IMG/VR virus record: IMGVR_UViG_3300044799_000109
Location: 1 to 58,894 of that record
Length of the DNA: 58,894 nucleotides
DNA from: a virus
Taxonomy: Duplodnaviria > Caudoviricetes
Strand: one strand, 5' to 3'
In this document: piece after piece, positions 29,949 through 39,296 of the stretch
Position numbering within the stretch: the first letter of the stretch is position 1
Layout of the letters: each line of letters begins with the position of its first letter
Program-made: the position numbers and the translations under genes
Notes under the pieces: generated by a model
What the model saw: the letters and a program-made list of their open reading frames with translations, nothing else
Databases searched by the model: none
What the model was told of the DNA's origin: nothing

Positions 29949-30387
29949 TCGGGTTGTAGGCTCGACTCACGGTTTACCGCAGGACATCAAGACGCGCCTG
30001 AAAGATATGGGCGACGGAACCCATGCCCAGGTGGTGGCTGCCACCAGACCTGCCGTTCCGAGCATCGCAGGCGACAACCACGCCCCTGCCGACAACACCT
30101 CCGCCGTAGTCACCTATGCATCAGGCGGTGGGCAGACGAAGCACTACCTGTACGACATCTTCTGGGGCTACGACTCCGACTTGACTGTTGTGGGCACGCT
30201 CAAGGTCGAGGATGTGTCCGGCACCACGGTCTTCGGCCCTCTCCCGATCACCAAGAGCGGGCCGGGCTTCTTGCACTTCGACCCGCCGATCGTGTCGAGC
30301 GCGGTCGCCACGGCCATGATCGTCACGCTCACCACGGGCGGGGCCGCGGTCCAGGGCGTGCTTTCGTGTAGACATGAAACGAAATAG
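29941..30387 (+). CDS. Putative virion protein; C-terminus supplied by cassette 3
   Basis: GGAGG RBS; ends CRHETK-stop, duplicated as CRHEVK-stop at 31106-31126. Confidence 0.7.
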   Translation: MADRVVGSTHGLPQDIKTRLKDMGDGTHAQVVAATRPAVPSIAGDNHAPADNTSAVVTYASGGGQTKHYLYDIFWGYDSDLTVVGTLKVEDVSGTTVFGPLPITKSGPGFLHFDPPIVSSAVATAMIVTLTTGGAAVQGVLSCRHETK

Positions 30388-31105
30388 GTTAGGTCACATG
30401 TTTCCAGGTCTGGCCGGACAGGATATCGCTGATCGCCCCTTGGGTGACAGGGAACAGGTCCGCTATCCGCATCTGGTTGAGCCCTTGCTCGTGCAGAAGA
30501 CGGATGGCCCGAACGTCGCTCTCGGTGAGTTTCGCCATGCTGTGACCCTCGCCTCGTGGCACTCGCTCAGGGTGGCGATGATTGCCGTTTCTGTCTCCAC
30601 TGGCAGGGTTGTTGCGACCCTTCTGAACGCAGTCAAGGCGATTGTCGAGGTCGGTGCCAAGGAACAGATGCTCAGGGCGGACGCAACGGCGATAGGAGAT
30701 GTCCCAAACGGGATAGCTGGCATCGCACTTGTGGCAGACATTCATACCTGGAGGCACAGGGCCATAAGTGAGTTCCCAGGAGAGGACGTGGGCAGGCTTC
30801 CGAACACCACCCCAACGAATGCCCCCGTAGCCATTACTGCCTATCCCCCCAAGCCACATCCAGCACTCGCCAGTTCTGTCTACCTTGACCCAGAAGGATT
30901 CCGGCACCGGCACCTGTCGCTTGCTGGCGTTGTAGCAACCCCACCCGCAATAAACGACGCGGATTGCGACGCCATCATGTTTCGTCTGGTAGGGCCATCG
31001 CTGGAAAGACTGCCCGCAGATGGGGCAGGTAAAGAGCAGTTTGGACTTAGAACGGAGGCCCATATGACTCTCCAATCGACTGATCGCACCGATTATAGCA
31101 TACTC
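30365..31105 (-). mobile_element. Antisense homing-endonuclease cassette 3 (boundaries approximate)
   Basis: Recoded C-terminal duplication flanks an antisense HNH gene; TGcTATAAT at 31092-31100 on the minus strand. Confidence 0.75.
30389..31063 (-). CDS. HNH homing endonuclease (cassette 3)
   Basis: FWVKVDRTGECWMW, AHVLSW, CHKCD...CVRPEHLFLGT, AKLTE C-terminal HTH; GGAG RBS. Confidence 0.92.
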   Translation of the reverse strand: MGLRSKSKLLFTCPICGQSFQRWPYQTKHDGVAIRVVYCGWGCYNASKRQVPVPESFWVKVDRTGECWMWLGGIGSNGYGGIRWGGVRKPAHVLSWELTYGPVPPGMNVCHKCDASYPVWDISYRRCVRPEHLFLGTDLDNRLDCVQKGRNNPASGDRNGNHRHPERVPRGEGHSMAKLTESDVRAIRLLHEQGLNQMRIADLFPVTQGAISDILSGQTWKHVT

Positions 31106-31128
31106 TGTCGCCACGAGGTCAAATAGAG

Positions 31129-32679
31129 ATGGGGCTCTCGGGACTGAGCGGGCTCTCGGGACTGAGCGGGATAGCGGGCGGTGCAATCCCACCCGTCGTC
31201 TACGACACCTTCACTCGCGCCAACAGCAACACGACTCTCGGCAACGCCGAGACTGGACAGGCGTGGGTTGCATACGCTGGCGTCTGGGGCATCAGCGGCA
31301 ATCAGGCGTACACCGTGACCTCCGATGGTGACTGGCAGACGTTCGCAGGCATTGACTCAGGTCTATCGGACTGCCTGGTACAGGCTCGATTCCCGGACAT
31401 CAAGGATTCCTGTCGCTTGCGGGTACGGGCGACGGACAACGCCAATCACATCCTGCTCCAGGTCGAAGGGGACGGCACGCGGTTGTATACCCGCATCGCG
31501 GGCACGTTCGCCAACATCGGTTTCATCGAGGACAAGCCCGTCGATGGCGACACCGTAGGGTTGCTGCTCAAGGGCGGCTCTGTCACCATCCAGATCAACG
31601 GCATCAACAAGGGCACGTTCGAAAGCACGTTCAATCAGACGGCCACCATCCACGGCATCGGCGGCGGTGACAGCGGAGCTAACGCGACACTGATAGACGA
31701 TTTCAGGGTCCAGTGGCTGACTTCGCCGATGTGGGACTTCCGTGGGGTCAATCTGCACGGAATACATCGGGGCGATCTCGCGTCGGATGAGGTCTCTACG
31801 TGGTTGGACCTGATGCCGTCCTACGGGGTCAACTGGATCGCCATCAATACTCACTACTGGCAGACCAATAAGGACAGCACCACCATCTACGCCGATGCCA
31901 CGCACTCGCCGCTGGACGCCGAGATCACGGCCAGTATTGCCGATTGCAAGGCGCGTGGCTTCAAGGTCATGCTCAAGCCGCTACTTGACCTGGCGACTCC
32001 CAATCCCACGTCGGACTGGCGCGGTCTTATCGGGACGAACTTTACCGAACAGAACTGGACTGACTGGTTTGCGTCGTACAGCGCCTACATTCTGAACTAC
32101 GCGGCGCTCGCGCAGGCTGGCGGCGTGGATATGTTCTGCATCGGGACGGAACTCACCATACCGTCGTACCGAGAGGCACAGTGGCGAGTCCTGGTGGCTG
32201 CGATACGGCAGGTATACACGGGACCGCTGATCTTCGCTCATATGTTCGATTACTTCGCTGATTTCACCTGGTGGGACGCACTCGACTTCGTTGGGATAGA
32301 CGCCTACAACCCCTTGTCGGATCACGATAGCCCGACGCTTGCGGAGATATGGTCATGGTGGCCCGCGCAATACGCCACTATCAAGGCGGCGGTTATCCCT
32401 ACTGGGCGTCCATTGCTGCTGACTGAGTTCGGATACCCGAGCGCTGATCCAGCAGCGATCACGCCGTGGGTGGTTACCTTCCCGGAAGGTACGAACGTGA
32501 ACACGACGCTCCAGGCCAACCTCTATCAGGCGCTACTCGATCAATTCGCGGTGGATAGTTTTGTCTATGGCGGATTCGTTTGGAGCATCAGCAAGGAAGC
32601 GATCTTCGGGGGCGACGATTACGCGCACTGTCCGTTCGGCAAAGCGGCTGGAACGCTGTTACAGGCTCGGTGGACGTAG
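31129..32679 (+). CDS. Lectin-like N-terminal domain plus TIM-barrel glycoside hydrolase (GH113-like)
   Basis: GFKVMLKP, WRG, FCIGTEL, FVGIDAY, LLTEFGY. Confidence 0.8.
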   Translation: MGLSGLSGLSGLSGIAGGAIPPVVYDTFTRANSNTTLGNAETGQAWVAYAGVWGISGNQAYTVTSDGDWQTFAGIDSGLSDCLVQARFPDIKDSCRLRVRATDNANHILLQVEGDGTRLYTRIAGTFANIGFIEDKPVDGDTVGLLLKGGSVTIQINGINKGTFESTFNQTATIHGIGGGDSGANATLIDDFRVQWLTSPMWDFRGVNLHGIHRGDLASDEVSTWLDLMPSYGVNWIAINTHYWQTNKDSTTIYADATHSPLDAEITASIADCKARGFKVMLKPLLDLATPNPTSDWRGLIGTNFTEQNWTDWFASYSAYILNYAALAQAGGVDMFCIGTELTIPSYREAQWRVLVAAIRQVYTGPLIFAHMFDYFADFTWWDALDFVGIDAYNPLSDHDSPTLAEIWSWWPAQYATIKAAVIPTGRPLLLTEFGYPSADPAAITPWVVTFPEGTNVNTTLQANLYQALLDQFAVDSFVYGGFVWSISKEAIFGGDDYAHCPFGKAAGTLLQARWT

Positions 32680-32741
32680 ATGCCGACGCCTGACGGCGCA
32701 GTCCTGGCGCTGGCAGGGATGAGCAAGGAGGTGACTGACTG

Positions 32742-33419
32742 ATGGCGGACTACTGTACCCGGCAGGAAGTCAAAAATCAGCCTGACATTACCGGGGCGAC
32801 TCACGACACCGTGATCGACGCCATGATCACCGCTGCCAGCCGTGCTTTCGACAACTACTGTCGCCGGCCCGATGGCTTCGTCGCCCTCGCCCTCGCCGCC
32901 GCCACCTATCGACTCTACGCAGGAAGCGGGACTGCGGTCCAGCGGATCGACGAGTGCACCGCCGTGACCGAGGTCAACGTCAAGGACAGCCCGACCGATA
33001 GCACGTACACCGCCTGGGTGCCGGGCGACTACATCGCGGCCTCTGGCGACCAGGAGTCGCCCGACTTCAACCACACACCGTACACGATGCTGCTAGCGGA
33101 CCCGACCGGCGACTACTCATTCTTCACGAGCGGCCGCTTCGCCTTCCGCAAGGGGTTCCGCCCCGACCCGGACGTGCCCTATCGCGGGGTGCCGACAGTC
33201 CAGGTCAAGGGCCGCTGGGGGTACGCCGCGACCGTGCCCGATGCGATCAAGCAGGCGTGCATCATCCAGGTGTGTCGGTGGATGACTCGGGGCGGCTCGT
33301 CCTGGGCTGATAGCGTGGGGAGTGCCGAGACGGGCACGATGATGTTCCGACAGGAGCTCGATCCCGACATCAAGTTCATCCTGTCCAGCGGGCGCTACAT
33401 CCGCCCGGCGGTGGGTTAG
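32742..33419 (+). CDS. Head-tail connector (gp6/gp15-like)
   Basis: YCT..EVK, ASRAFDNYC, WGY..VPDAIKQAC. Confidence 0.85.
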   Translation: MADYCTRQEVKNQPDITGATHDTVIDAMITAASRAFDNYCRRPDGFVALALAAATYRLYAGSGTAVQRIDECTAVTEVNVKDSPTDSTYTAWVPGDYIAASGDQESPDFNHTPYTMLLADPTGDYSFFTSGRFAFRKGFRPDPDVPYRGVPTVQVKGRWGYAATVPDAIKQACIIQVCRWMTRGGSSWADSVGSAETGTMMFRQELDPDIKFILSSGRYIRPAVG

Positions 33420-33575
33420 GAGACTGCCATGCCCTGGCGAGAGCAAGAGGATTCCGAGCCCGACCAGAGGAGGGCGAAGGTCTGCGTCGTCTGCCACAAG
33501 ATCATCCTGCAGGCTGACGATCTCATTCGACGCGACGGCAAGACTTACTGCAGCAAGCACGACCCGAAAGGATAA

Positions 33576-34043
33576 GTGATGCCAGCCCCCTGGTCTGCCG
33601 AGTTGCACGGTCTGATCGAGGCCCAGCGAGAGGCGACCCGCATAGCAACGGAGCTGTCCGGAGCGCCCATCGTCCAGGCGACGAGGGATGCGACGCTACT
33701 CGTGACACGCACATCCCGCCAGTTTGCCAAGGTGGACACGGGCAGATGGCGAGCCTCAATTACGCCGGAGGTTCGGGTGATGGGTCAGCAGGTGGTCGGC
33801 GTGGTCGGCTCGAACCTGGCCTACGCGCCCTTCGCTCACGAGGACACGCGTCCACACTGGCCGCCGATCGCTGCGCTCGTCCCGTGGGCCAGGCGGCACC
33901 ACGTCTCGGCCTACGTCATCGCAAGGGCGATCAGCCGCCGCGGCACGAAGGGTGACCAGGCCATCTACCGAGGGCTACAGGAGAACCTGACGAACATCGT
34001 CGCCCTCTACGAGCGGGCGGTGGGCAAGATCGTGAGGTCGTGA
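33576..34043 (+). CDS. HK97 gp10-like tail completion protein
   Basis: VDTGRWRASI, VGSNLAYAPF, HWPP. Confidence 0.8.
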   Translation: MMPAPWSAELHGLIEAQREATRIATELSGAPIVQATRDATLLVTRTSRQFAKVDTGRWRASITPEVRVMGQQVVGVVGSNLAYAPFAHEDTRPHWPPIAALVPWARRHHVSAYVIARAISRRGTKGDQAIYRGLQENLTNIVALYERAVGKIVRS

Positions 34044-34044
34044 C

Positions 34045-34503
34045 TTGGCGAACGTGACGCTGCTGGAAATCTGCGATGCCATCGAGGACGTGCTGGAACA
34101 CGCCACCGGGCTGGTTCGCAGCCAGTCAACCGACGAGTTGCAAGACGCGCCGCAGGATCTGCCCTGCCTGCAAATCTGCCCGGCGAGCGGGAACACCGAC
34201 GCGATGACCCAGAACAGCCGCTACACGTTCAAGTCGGTCAGGCGGATGGCGGAGATGATCGTCAATGCCGACGTCCTCTGCCGCCAGCGGTCGCACTTGG
34301 ACCTCGACGTGCTCTCGGCGATCACGATGCAGGACACGGTGCAGCAACTCCTGGAGGGCCAAAAGACCAAGCCGTTCTTCGGGAACAGCAGCATTCAGGA
34401 CTTCTGGTGGTCCTGGGCGCTGACTGAGTTCGTGAGAGGCGGCGGTGGCGGCGAGGTGCGGTACTACGGCGTCAGATTCGAGATCACGGTGCGAGTAGGG
34501 TGA
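34045..34503 (+). CDS. Tail terminator-like protein
   Basis: Synteny and size. Confidence 0.6.
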   Translation: MANVTLLEICDAIEDVLEHATGLVRSQSTDELQDAPQDLPCLQICPASGNTDAMTQNSRYTFKSVRRMAEMIVNADVLCRQRSHLDLDVLSAITMQDTVQQLLEGQKTKPFFGNSSIQDFWWSWALTEFVRGGGGGEVRYYGVRFEITVRVG

Positions 34504-34838
34504 CTATCTACCGGACGCGGGTGGACCTGTCGGCGGGGCAGAGGACGATCCGGCGGGGCAGCATCATTCGGGAGTCAGACCTGTCGGGCAAGAGCAAGGC
34601 GGCCCTCATCGCCCGGGGAGTGCTCGTGCCAGTCGCGCCGCCACCGCTCACGGTCCTGCCCGGCTGGCGGCACCGGGGTAAGCGGCTCGGCGAGATCGGG
34701 ATAACCGACGCCTGCCAGGCACTCGAGGCGGACGTCGACGAGATGGCCCGGCACTGTGGGGTGTCAGCCGGGCTGATAGGGAGGTGGCAGGCCGAACTGA
34801 TCGACTGGCTCAGGCCGCCAGACGAGCGCCGCCGCTGA
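34500..34838 (+). CDS. Hypothetical protein (helix-hairpin-helix-like C-terminus)
   Basis: GTGA coupling; LPG...LGEIGIT. Confidence 0.55.
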   Translation: MTIYRTRVDLSAGQRTIRRGSIIRESDLSGKSKAALIARGVLVPVAPPPLTVLPGWRHRGKRLGEIGITDACQALEADVDEMARHCGVSAGLIGRWQAELIDWLRPPDERRR

Positions 34839-34893
34839 TGCGGCAAGAAGATGGTCCGCGGGGCGGGCCGGTTAGCGAGAGGGGGAGCCTCAG

Positions 34894-35346
34894 ATGACGC
34901 AAACCACTAGTCAAGTGAATGGCTGCGACACGACGGTTGAGTTGGACGATGAGAATGGCAACCTTCAGGACGTGACCGGATCGTCCAGCGGAGTGGATCA
35001 GGAGTTCATCCAGAACGTCGGGGACGGACTCAGGACGTTCGGGACCGACTTCAAGGTGCGTGCCGCCTGCGGACGGGATGGCACTGTGACCTGGCGAGCG
35101 GTCTACAGCCAGGCCGATAGCGAAGCCCTCTACATGCTCAACGACTGGTACTTCAACCATCCCAAGACGGTCCGCACCTTCCGGGTCAGCATCCCGGACA
35201 AACTGCCCGGCTCCGATCAGTACACCTTCGAGATGCTCCTGGCAAGTCTGCGAATCCCAGACGAGTCGGGGAACCCGGACCCGATCCTCGTCGAGGCGTC
35301 GCTGATACCGACGGGCATCTTCGGCTGGAGCGTCATCGCGTCGTAG
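34894..35346 (+). CDS. Major tail (tube) protein
   Basis: Synteny before chaperones and tape measure; acidic, beta-rich. Confidence 0.75.
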   Translation: MTQTTSQVNGCDTTVELDDENGNLQDVTGSSSGVDQEFIQNVGDGLRTFGTDFKVRAACGRDGTVTWRAVYSQADSEALYMLNDWYFNHPKTVRTFRVSIPDKLPGSDQYTFEMLLASLRIPDESGNPDPILVEASLIPTGIFGWSVIAS

Positions 35347-35410
35347 TTCCGATGGCGGGGAGGGCAGCCGCCCTCTCCGTCCGGGACACATAGCAGGAGG
35401 GGAAAGAGGT

Positions 35411-35740
35411 ATGCCAAGGAAGCCAAACCGACAAGTGGACTCGGCGAAAGTACAGGGCGAGGGGACTTACGTAGTCTTCCGCCGTCTCCTCTGGGGCGAG
35501 TTCCAGGAGTTGAGTCGCCGTCAGGAGGCCAAGGAGATCACGGGCGAGCAGTATTCGAGCGAACTGATTGCGCGCCAACTGGCGGACTGGAACTGGACCG
35601 ATGAGTCAGGTGTCACGCTCCCCGTGCCGCAGACTGACCCGAGCGTGTTGGAGCGCCTTACCGATGAGGAGGTCGGCTGGCTGATCGATCAGGTCAACGG
35701 TGAGAGGCAGGCGGCGGCGGCGGCATCTAAAAGCGGCTAG
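35411..35740 (+). CDS. Tail assembly chaperone
   Basis: Between tube and tape measure genes; LADWNWTDESG..LPVP motif. Confidence 0.75.
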   Translation: MPRKPNRQVDSAKVQGEGTYVVFRRLLWGEFQELSRRQEAKEITGEQYSSELIARQLADWNWTDESGVTLPVPQTDPSVLERLTDEEVGWLIDQVNGERQAAAAASKSG

Positions 35741-36077
35741 CGCCCAACTGACGGCGGCACTCTTCACGGGCAAGGGTGCAGTGCCATCGGAGTGGACCGA
35801 GTTGCAACTCTGCCGCGATGTCTATCACTGCCCGCCTGATGTGCTCGATCGACAGGAACTGGGGCGAGTCCAGCGGCACCTAACGCTCCTGGCGGCAGAG
35901 GCGAGGGTCAGGCGATTCGAGTCAGGCGGCAAAGGCGGGAGTCTCGGGGGCAAGGGCAAGGCCGAGAGACGCAAGGCGGCCAAGCTGAAGGCGGAGGATC
36001 CGGGTGGCAAACAAGGTCGAAGTCAAGATCACGGCGACCAACGCGGCGTCGCCGGCACTCCAGAACCTCAGCCGTGA
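35700..36077 (+). CDS. Tail assembly chaperone extension (GT-like, possibly reached by frameshift)
   Basis: Overlaps the chaperone end in the +1 frame; LCRDVYHCPP motif. Confidence 0.55.
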   Translation: MRGRRRRRHLKAASAQLTAALFTGKGAVPSEWTELQLCRDVYHCPPDVLDRQELGRVQRHLTLLAAEARVRRFESGGKGGSLGGKGKAERRKAAKLKAEDPGGKQGRSQDHGDQRGVAGTPEPQP

Positions 36078-38877
36078 TCTGGCCGCGGTAGGTACCAGGG
36101 CGAAGGTGACGAGCAACGAGTTTGCCCAGCTCGGCAACGGCGTCCAGACGGCGGCCGGACGGTTCAAGGGTGCCGTGTCCGGGCTACTTAACATCCGCAA
36201 CGCCCTCGTCGCCCTGCCCTTCGCCGGCGTGGCCGTCGCCGCCCTCAAGATGGCCTCAGACGTCGTCGAGTCCGAGAACCTCTATACGGTCAGCCTTGGC
36301 CAGATGGCCGACGCCGGGCGGGAGTGGTCGGATTCCCTCCAGAAAAGCCTGGGACTCAACGCCGTCGAACTCAGGAAGAGCCTCGGCATCTGGCAGTCGA
36401 TGTTCACGGCGATGGGCATGGGCACCAGGCAAGCCTACGCCATGAGCACCGGCCTTACCCAACTGACAAACGACCTGGCCTCCTTCTATAACTTCGCGCC
36501 GGAAGAGATGTTCCAGCGTCTCCAGTCGGCGATATCCGGAGAGATCGAGCCGATGCGGAGGCTCGGCGTCGACGTGTCCGACAACGCCGTCGATCAGTGG
36601 CGGCTCGCGGCCGGCATCAAGGACACCACCGCCGAGATGAGCAACCAGCAGAAGGTGCTCATCCGGTACGCTCTGCTGCTCGACCAGACCAAGAACGCCC
36701 AGGGCGACCTCGCCCGGACGGCAGACAGCACCGCCAACCAGTTCCGACGGATGCAGAGCGAGCTTGCCGTGCTCGGCCAGAACCTCGGGGCGCTCCTCCT
36801 GCCCATCGTCGGCAAGGCCCTCGCCTGGATCAACAATGAGGGCATCCCCGGACTGTCGAACTCCCTAGACCGTCTGAAGGCGAAGTGGGCCGAGATGTCC
36901 GAGGAGGGGCAGCGCCGGCTCGTCTACCTGGCGGCGCTGATGGTCGGGGGCGGGCCGCTTATCAAGGCGTTCGGCGTGGTGTTGGCCGGACTCGACCTAC
37001 TCCGCAAGGGGTTCGCTCTGGCCTTCTCAGTTCCTCTCGTCGCCAAGTTCGCCGGGGCGATCGTCGTGCTCGGTGCCGTCCTCACCGCTTTCGACGCGGC
37101 GATGGCGTTCACCGTCAGTAACATGGGTCGGACGTTTGAGGCGGCTGGCGACAGTCTGAATGAAACGGGCGTGGCGATGGCTAGCTCGATTATCCCGGGC
37201 ATCGCTGCATCAGGTCGGGAACTCGCCAAGTTTGGAGTAACCCTTAAGAACATCGGACAGGAGTGGCAGACGAAGGCAGCGACTACGCCGCCCTGGTGGG
37301 AGCGTCTGGCGAAGGCTGCCGACTTCTCCGGCCTGATGCCCGAAGCCGCCGACTTCGACGCCTATCAGCGAGAACTCGAAGGGCTGGCCGGTCGGGCGGT
37401 TCTTGACCCGTTGATCGACCAGGCCCGGGCCTGGTCGGGGATCGGGCAGGGAGCCGACGCCGCGGGCCGCCGGGCCGAGCGGTACGGCGAGAGCGCGGCC
37501 GCCGCCAACCAGCTCGTGGTGCCGACCGTCGAGCAATTGAAGGCGGAGTACGACGCCCTCGCCGCCTCCGCTCAGAACGCCGGGGCATCTCAGGTGCAGG
37601 CCGCTGTCGCGGCGATAGACGCCATGGTCGCCGTCCACCCGGCCACACTCAGGGCTGCCGCTGCCGTGGAGCAGTGGCAGGGTCGGATTGAGGCGACCCA
37701 GGCCGCCATCCGTGGCAACCAGGAAGCGTCGAAGGCCGCCAGCCGCACCTACCAGGACATGCAAGAGCGGCTCTCGGCGATCAACGATGAACTCAGCAAG
37801 CAACGGCAACACCTCTCCGACCTTGCGAGCCCTCGACTCACCGGGATGGGTGCGATGGACGCCCAGCAACGCAAGATCGAAGACCAGATCAAGCGGTTGC
37901 GGCTCTCGCAACTCGCACTCTACAGCGGCAGCAACGTCAACCGGCAGGGCGATCTCCGGGGTACGGCCAAGCGCAGATATGATGATCTCCAGCGACAGAT
38001 CGATGCCAAGCAACGCGAACTTGAGAAGCTCCAGATCGGCTACAGCCTCAAATACGACGAGCAGGTCAGGAAGCTCAAAGAGGCGGCGGCTGGCGGCGCC
38101 GAACCCGAGCGGACCTACCAGGACTACATGAAGGACATCAAGGCGACTCGGGACCGGATCCTCGTGTTGACCAAGAGCCAGGAGGATCAGGAGCAGTCGC
38201 TGAAGGCCCAGCAGAAGGCCATGGAGGCGATCACGGCTTCGGGCGAATCGCTGAACGAGGCCCTCCGGACTCAGCAGGACGAACTGAAGGCCGCACAGGA
38301 GACCTATCGTCTCATCACGTCGGCGCTACAGGAATACTTCACCTGGATACTCAAGGATCGAGACGCGTTGGCCAACACCGGCAAGGATGGGCAGAAGGCC
38401 GCCGACCTCCAGGACGCGGTGCTCCGGGAGATGTTTACAACGTTCGACGCCTGGTCGAAGGGGATGTTGGAAAAGTCCAGCGAGGACATGCAGAAGTACG
38501 TCACGGATCGGATCAAGGACCTGGAGAAAATCCGGGCAGCCTTCGCCAACGTAGCAAGTGCCGGCCCTGTCACTCCGGGTCCATCCGGTAGGCCACCTGC
38601 GCCACGTCAGGCTGGTGGCCCCGTCTGGCCCGGCTCCAGCTTCCTCGTCGGCGAGGGTGGTCCCGAGCTCTTCCGGCCGCAACGGGCCGGCGACATCCTG
38701 CCCCTCGGCGGGGCAATTGCGGCGTCCACCGCTGGCGGCAGGTCGATCACCCTCAACGCGCCGCTCATCGGCAGCGTGACAGTCAGAGACGAGGCCGACG
38801 AGGACCGGCTCGCCCGGAAGATCTGGGGACTCCTCACCGACGACTTCGAGGCGACCAGGCGCGGGGGGGTGCGCTGA
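36004..38877 (+). CDS. Tape measure protein
   Basis: 957 aa, Ala-rich helical; DLASFYN, SGEIEPMRRLG; C-terminal GGPV..VGEGGPELF. Confidence 0.93.
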   Translation: MANKVEVKITATNAASPALQNLSRDLAAVGTRAKVTSNEFAQLGNGVQTAAGRFKGAVSGLLNIRNALVALPFAGVAVAALKMASDVVESENLYTVSLGQMADAGREWSDSLQKSLGLNAVELRKSLGIWQSMFTAMGMGTRQAYAMSTGLTQLTNDLASFYNFAPEEMFQRLQSAISGEIEPMRRLGVDVSDNAVDQWRLAAGIKDTTAEMSNQQKVLIRYALLLDQTKNAQGDLARTADSTANQFRRMQSELAVLGQNLGALLLPIVGKALAWINNEGIPGLSNSLDRLKAKWAEMSEEGQRRLVYLAALMVGGGPLIKAFGVVLAGLDLLRKGFALAFSVPLVAKFAGAIVVLGAVLTAFDAAMAFTVSNMGRTFEAAGDSLNETGVAMASSIIPGIAASGRELAKFGVTLKNIGQEWQTKAATTPPWWERLAKAADFSGLMPEAADFDAYQRELEGLAGRAVLDPLIDQARAWSGIGQGADAAGRRAERYGESAAAANQLVVPTVEQLKAEYDALAASAQNAGASQVQAAVAAIDAMVAVHPATLRAAAAVEQWQGRIEATQAAIRGNQEASKAASRTYQDMQERLSAINDELSKQRQHLSDLASPRLTGMGAMDAQQRKIEDQIKRLRLSQLALYSGSNVNRQGDLRGTAKRRYDDLQRQIDAKQRELEKLQIGYSLKYDEQVRKLKEAAAGGAEPERTYQDYMKDIKATRDRILVLTKSQEDQEQSLKAQQKAMEAITASGESLNEALRTQQDELKAAQETYRLITSALQEYFTWILKDRDALANTGKDGQKAADLQDAVLREMFTTFDAWSKGMLEKSSEDMQKYVTDRIKDLEKIRAAFANVASAGPVTPGPSGRPPAPRQAGGPVWPGSSFLVGEGGPELFRPQRAGDILPLGGAIAASTAGGRSITLNAPLIGSVTVRDEADEDRLARKIWGLLTDDFEATRRGGVR

Positions 38878-39296
38878 TGGGCGGCACGATCCTCTACAAC
38901 GGCGTGACGGCCGACCTCGTCTCCGACGACGAGGGCTGGATCCCCGACTGGGAACGCGAGTCTTACACCAGCGTCGAGCACTACCCCGAGTCAGATTACG
39001 ATGAGGTGCAGTACGGCGGCCTAGGAGACAAACTCGTCACCTGGACGGTCAGGGTCAACACGGAGGCTGATGCTGCCGCCCTCGAATCGTCAGTAGGTGA
39101 TGAGCCTCGCACACTCACCGTGGCCTATACAGACTACGACGACTCGGCCGAGAGCGACGTCTACGCAGGGGTGCGCCTCGATCGGGCCAGGCGCCGGCGC
39201 AAGACGGTCATGGGCGCGAACAGCAGTACGCTGGCCGCAGCCCGCTGGTATGAACTCGAACTCACCTTCCGACTCGAAGGGGCGACGCTCACATGA
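38877..39296 (+). CDS. Distal tail protein-like
   Basis: Synteny; TGATG coupling. Confidence 0.6.
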   Translation: MGGTILYNGVTADLVSDDEGWIPDWERESYTSVEHYPESDYDEVQYGGLGDKLVTWTVRVNTEADAAALESSVGDEPRTLTVAYTDYDDSAESDVYAGVRLDRARRRRKTVMGANSSTLAAARWYELELTFRLEGATLT

